Shown: piece after piece, positions 14,808 through 17,309 of the stretch
Numbering within the stretch: position 1 is the first letter of the stretch
Layout: every line of letters begins with the position of its first letter
Origin: Candidatus Micrarchaeota archaeon
Lineage (GTDB): Archaea > Micrarchaeota > Micrarchaeia > Norongarragalinales > SBBD01
Assembly (NCBI GenBank): GCA_038046605.1
Contig: JBBSVW010000106.1
Location: 1-17,309 of the forward strand
Direction: 5' to 3'
DNA: 17,309 bases
Notes under the pieces: model-generated
Told to the model about the DNA's origin: nothing
Database searches by the model: none
What the model saw: the letters and a program-made list of their open reading frames with translations, nothing else
Translations under genes and position numbers: made by a program

Positions 14808-15043
14808 TTGTCTTTTTCCCTCTCTTTGCGGATACGGGCAGACATATCCTTGTTGATCTGCCTGCCTATGCGGATAGCGTCTTCGTCCGTAAATTTGCTT
14901 TTTGAAAGGGCGGAATCTATCCAATCGAGCATCGCAAGCTTTTCCTCGAACGTCTGCCTTGCTATCTCCCCCCAGCGTATTTCCGGGTGCTTTTTCATTT
15001 TCTGGTCTATATCCTCTGAAATATGGAATGTCCTGTTTGGCAT
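14795..15043 (-). CDS. Ribbon-helix-helix type antitoxin / transcriptional regulator
   Basis: MPNRTFHISEDIDQKMKKHPEIRWGEIARQTFEEKL fits a beta-alpha-alpha RHH pattern; 82 aa; overlaps the PIN gene; GGTG upstream. Confidence 0.8.
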   Translation of the reverse strand: MPNRTFHISEDIDQKMKKHPEIRWGEIARQTFEEKLAMLDWIDSALSKSKFTDEDAIRIGRQINKDMSARIRKEREKDKLRS

Positions 15044-15263
15044 GGCCACATACACCACATATAGCGAATAAGTCGGATATCGGGCAATTTGCCGCCTTAT
15101 TCTCATATTGCGTTTTTTCAAATATTTTACTTAAACGCAATATTCCACATATTTCGAATATTTTAAAGGTTTCGGTTGAGAAGAGCATGGATGAAAGGGG
15201 CGGAATCAGAAATATAAGCATTCGGTAAAAAATTAGTAAACTTGGAGTTGATTTTCACGAAAC

Positions 15264-15668
15264 TCATTTCAGCTCGCTCTCCAAATCCTCTATCGAATAG
15301 CTTGACTTGAAGCCATGCTGAACCGCATAGGTTTCGAATTCCCGAATGTTCATACCGGCTTTATCCGCGACCTCACTGATCGAAATCTTTCCGCCAGAGT
15401 ATTTTTTGAGCGCCTTCTCCTTGCGGTATTTGGCTAGCGCCTGCTTTTCTGAAAGGTATTTCTTTCTTGAACTTTTCATTCCAAGCTCTTCTTCTTCCAG
15501 CTTCCTTGCAACCATTGCAAGCTCGACATCCTTGACCAAATTATATTCCTTGTTTAGCGCAAAAATGCCCATCCGCAGCGCATCGGTTTTGGAGCGCGCC
15601 AGCCCCACATCGACTGCTTTTTCCAAAATCATTTCCGGAAGCCCAACAAATCTTAGCGTAGTTCGCAT
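15264..15668 (-). CDS. Antitoxin-like protein: N-terminal RHH-like region plus C-terminal UPF0175-like HTH
   Basis: MRTTLRF...GLARSKTDALR (RHH-like); ALKKYSGGKISISEVADKAGMNIREF...YSIEDLESEL (UPF0175-like); GAGGGTGA SD before ATG 15668. Confidence 0.72.
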   Translation of the reverse strand: MRTTLRFVGLPEMILEKAVDVGLARSKTDALRMGIFALNKEYNLVKDVELAMVARKLEEEELGMKSSRKKYLSEKQALAKYRKEKALKKYSGGKISISEVADKAGMNIREFETYAVQHGFKSSYSIEDLESELK

Positions 15669-15720
15669 GCTAATCACCCTCTAATTGCATGCTAATTATG
15701 CGTCAAACAACTATATATAC
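15665..15720 (-). promoter_or_regulatory. TATA box (TATATATA, 15712-15719) and GCATGCTAAT direct-repeat operator candidate
   Basis: Repeats at 15665-15674 and 15687-15696, between the TATA box and the start codon. Confidence 0.55.
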
Positions 15721-15818
15721 GTTTTCTTGGAACATTTTATGGTTTAGAGGAAAAGTTCCATTTAATTGTTGGGTAGAAAAAAAAATCAAAAAAGAGTTGA
15801 TTTACATAGATTTTTATC

Positions 15819-16226
15819 ATGGGCAATGCTATTATGAATATGCCAAAAGAAGCTGCAAGAAGGCTGGAGCGCGTTCTTGTCGGATGGATGCTCGGAGGAA
15901 CTCCGGTTAGCTTATTAAGAGCTCGCGGAAAAACCCAGGAAGAAATCGCTTACAAAAGGGAAGAGGATAAATCCGACAAGGCCCTACTAGGCGGAGTTGC
16001 CAAGTTACTAGCCCCTTCGTCAGGTACTGGAAATAATTTCGTACGGACTGATTCAGAAGAGAGATCCACACTAATTGCAAAAACAAATACGGATTCTATG
16101 AAAATGTGGGAACCAAGGCTCCTTGAGGCGGGCAAATTTTATGGTAATAAAATTGCAGGAAAAAAATTGAATTTTGTTGTCGAACATTTGAAAGATCGAA
16201 TTGCGTTCCATTTCAGCAAAAAATAG
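15819..16226 (+). CDS. Hypothetical protein (135 aa)
   Basis: Longest ORF in an AT-rich segment, flanked by non-coding A/T-rich DNA; no recognised motif. Confidence 0.6.
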   Translation: MGNAIMNMPKEAARRLERVLVGWMLGGTPVSLLRARGKTQEEIAYKREEDKSDKALLGGVAKLLAPSSGTGNNFVRTDSEERSTLIAKTNTDSMKMWEPRLLEAGKFYGNKIAGKKLNFVVEHLKDRIAFHFSKK

Positions 16227-16398
16227 AAATTGGCAATTCAGAATCGACATTAAATACGAACTAATTACCTCCAAACAACTAAATAACCCCAATTTTCCCT
16301 CCGTTTCCGTAAATTGACCGTTTTTCTGCTGGAAAAGGGGCGAATGATACCATCGGGAATTGCCGAATTATTCCGTTTCCTAATTGACGCATTCACGA

Positions 16399-16413
16399 GG
16401 GAAGGTTTAAATA
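16399..16413 (+). promoter_or_regulatory. BRE-TATA promoter of the rRNA transcription unit
   Basis: GGGAAGG followed by TTTAAATA (16406-16413), about 24 nt before the first leader hairpin. Confidence 0.7.
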
Positions 16414-16436
16414 TCCCGCGATGCAAAACTCCTCTC

Positions 16437-16716
16437 CGCATAACTGGCATGCAGCTATGCGTTAAATGCTACAGACCCGGTAAATCAGAGCTTTACGCTA
16501 TGACTGATCTTTGAAGTGGGCCTGGCTACTATGATTCCATGATTAGTGCCTAGCACGCTTCATTCCACTGTGGCGAAAATGGGAATTTGAGTAGGTTTGA
16601 AGCTTCAAATTCGACTCAGGTGCTGAGGAGCAAACGCCATTAGTTCTTGCGATTCGTATCGTATTCAGCGTTTAGCTGAGTACACAGCCTGCTGTCCTAA
16701 CCGATGGCAGGCTGTA
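16437..16716 (+). other. Structured pre-rRNA 5' external transcribed spacer
   Basis: Series of hairpins (16437-16461, 16588-16618, 16662-16682, 16684-16715) between the promoter and the 16S 5' end. Confidence 0.6.
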
Positions 16717-17309
16717 ATACCAGTTGATCCTGCTGGAGGATACCGCTATCAGAATTCGATTAAGCCATGCAAGTTTTGCGTTGGGGCTTCCCAACGCAGC
16801 GAACGGCTCAGTAACACGTACTTAACCTACCCTATGGAGGCGCACAACGTCGGGAAACTGACGGTAATACGCCGTAGCTCTGGATGTCTGGAACGACGCC
16901 AGAGCAATAAGGATTGCAAATTGTAGCAACTCCGCCTTAGGATGGGAGTGCGGCTGATTAGGTAGTTGGTGGGGTAAAGGCCCACCAAGCCTATAATCAG
17001 TAGAGGCTATGGGAGTAGGAGCCTCGAGATGGGCACTGAGACAAGGGCCCAAGCCCTACGGGGTGCAGCAGGCGCGAAAATTCCGCAATGCGCGAAAGCG
17101 TGACGGGGGAACTCTGAGTGCTTCCCTTACGGGAAGCTTTTGCCCAGGTTGAATCCCTGGGAGAATAAGTAGTGGGTAAATCCTGTGCCAGCCGCCGCGG
17201 TAATACAGGTAGTACAAGTGGTATCCACGAATATTGAGTCTAAAGCGCCCGTAGCCGGCTTGGCAAGTCCTCTGTGAAATTTACAGGCTCAACCTGTAAG
17301 CGTGCAGTG
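16717..17309 (+). rRNA. rrs: Archaeal 16S rRNA, 5' part (runs off the window end)
   Basis: GTTGATCCTGC, AAGCCATGCAAGT, ACGGCTCAGTAACACGT, CCCTACGGGGTGCAGCAGGCGCGA (archaeal signature), GTGCCAGCCGCCGCGGTAA. Confidence 0.98.

Noticed and set aside
14808-15221. N-terminal 138 aa of the 272-aa PIN ORF call
   Set aside because: It overlaps the antitoxin in another frame and its promoter; PIN similarity begins only at VEVVIDAN.
16265-17052. Short ORFs over the rRNA promoter, leader and 16S
   Set aside because: Spurious frames within non-coding RNA sequence.
16717-17309. Intron or insertion in the 16S fragment
   Set aside because: Conserved landmarks (109, 344 and 515 regions) occur at roughly normal spacing.

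Overview
This is an archaeal genomic window, probably from a DPANN-type lineage such as Diapherotrites/Iainarchaeota or Micrarchaeota. That placement is inferred from the divergent 16S, non-canonical tRNA introns and a KG|FIF pilin-like protein, not from a search. Bases 1-10059 hold an aromatic amino acid supercluster: aroE (partial)-aroC-pheA-tyrA-aroA on +, converging on trpE-G-D-C-B-A on - (no trpF). Upstream of trpE is an unannotated 18-codon leader ORF (MVNGLIDPMVFEKFSWRA*) with a hairpin covering its Trp codon and a U-rich tract, a candidate archaeal ribosome-mediated trp attenuator. Two intron-split tRNA genes follow: tRNA-Pro(GGG) with a 42-nt intron at 37/38 and a 141-nt structured intron at 59/60, and tRNA-Gly(TCC) with a 91-nt intron at 15/16. 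After these come a pilin-like protein, a secreted subtilase with PKD-like repeats, a toxin-antitoxin patch (PIN toxin without a canonical start codon, RHH antitoxin, chimeric RHH-UPF0175 protein), an orphan ORF, and the promoter, leader and 5' ~590 nt of a 16S rRNA gene.
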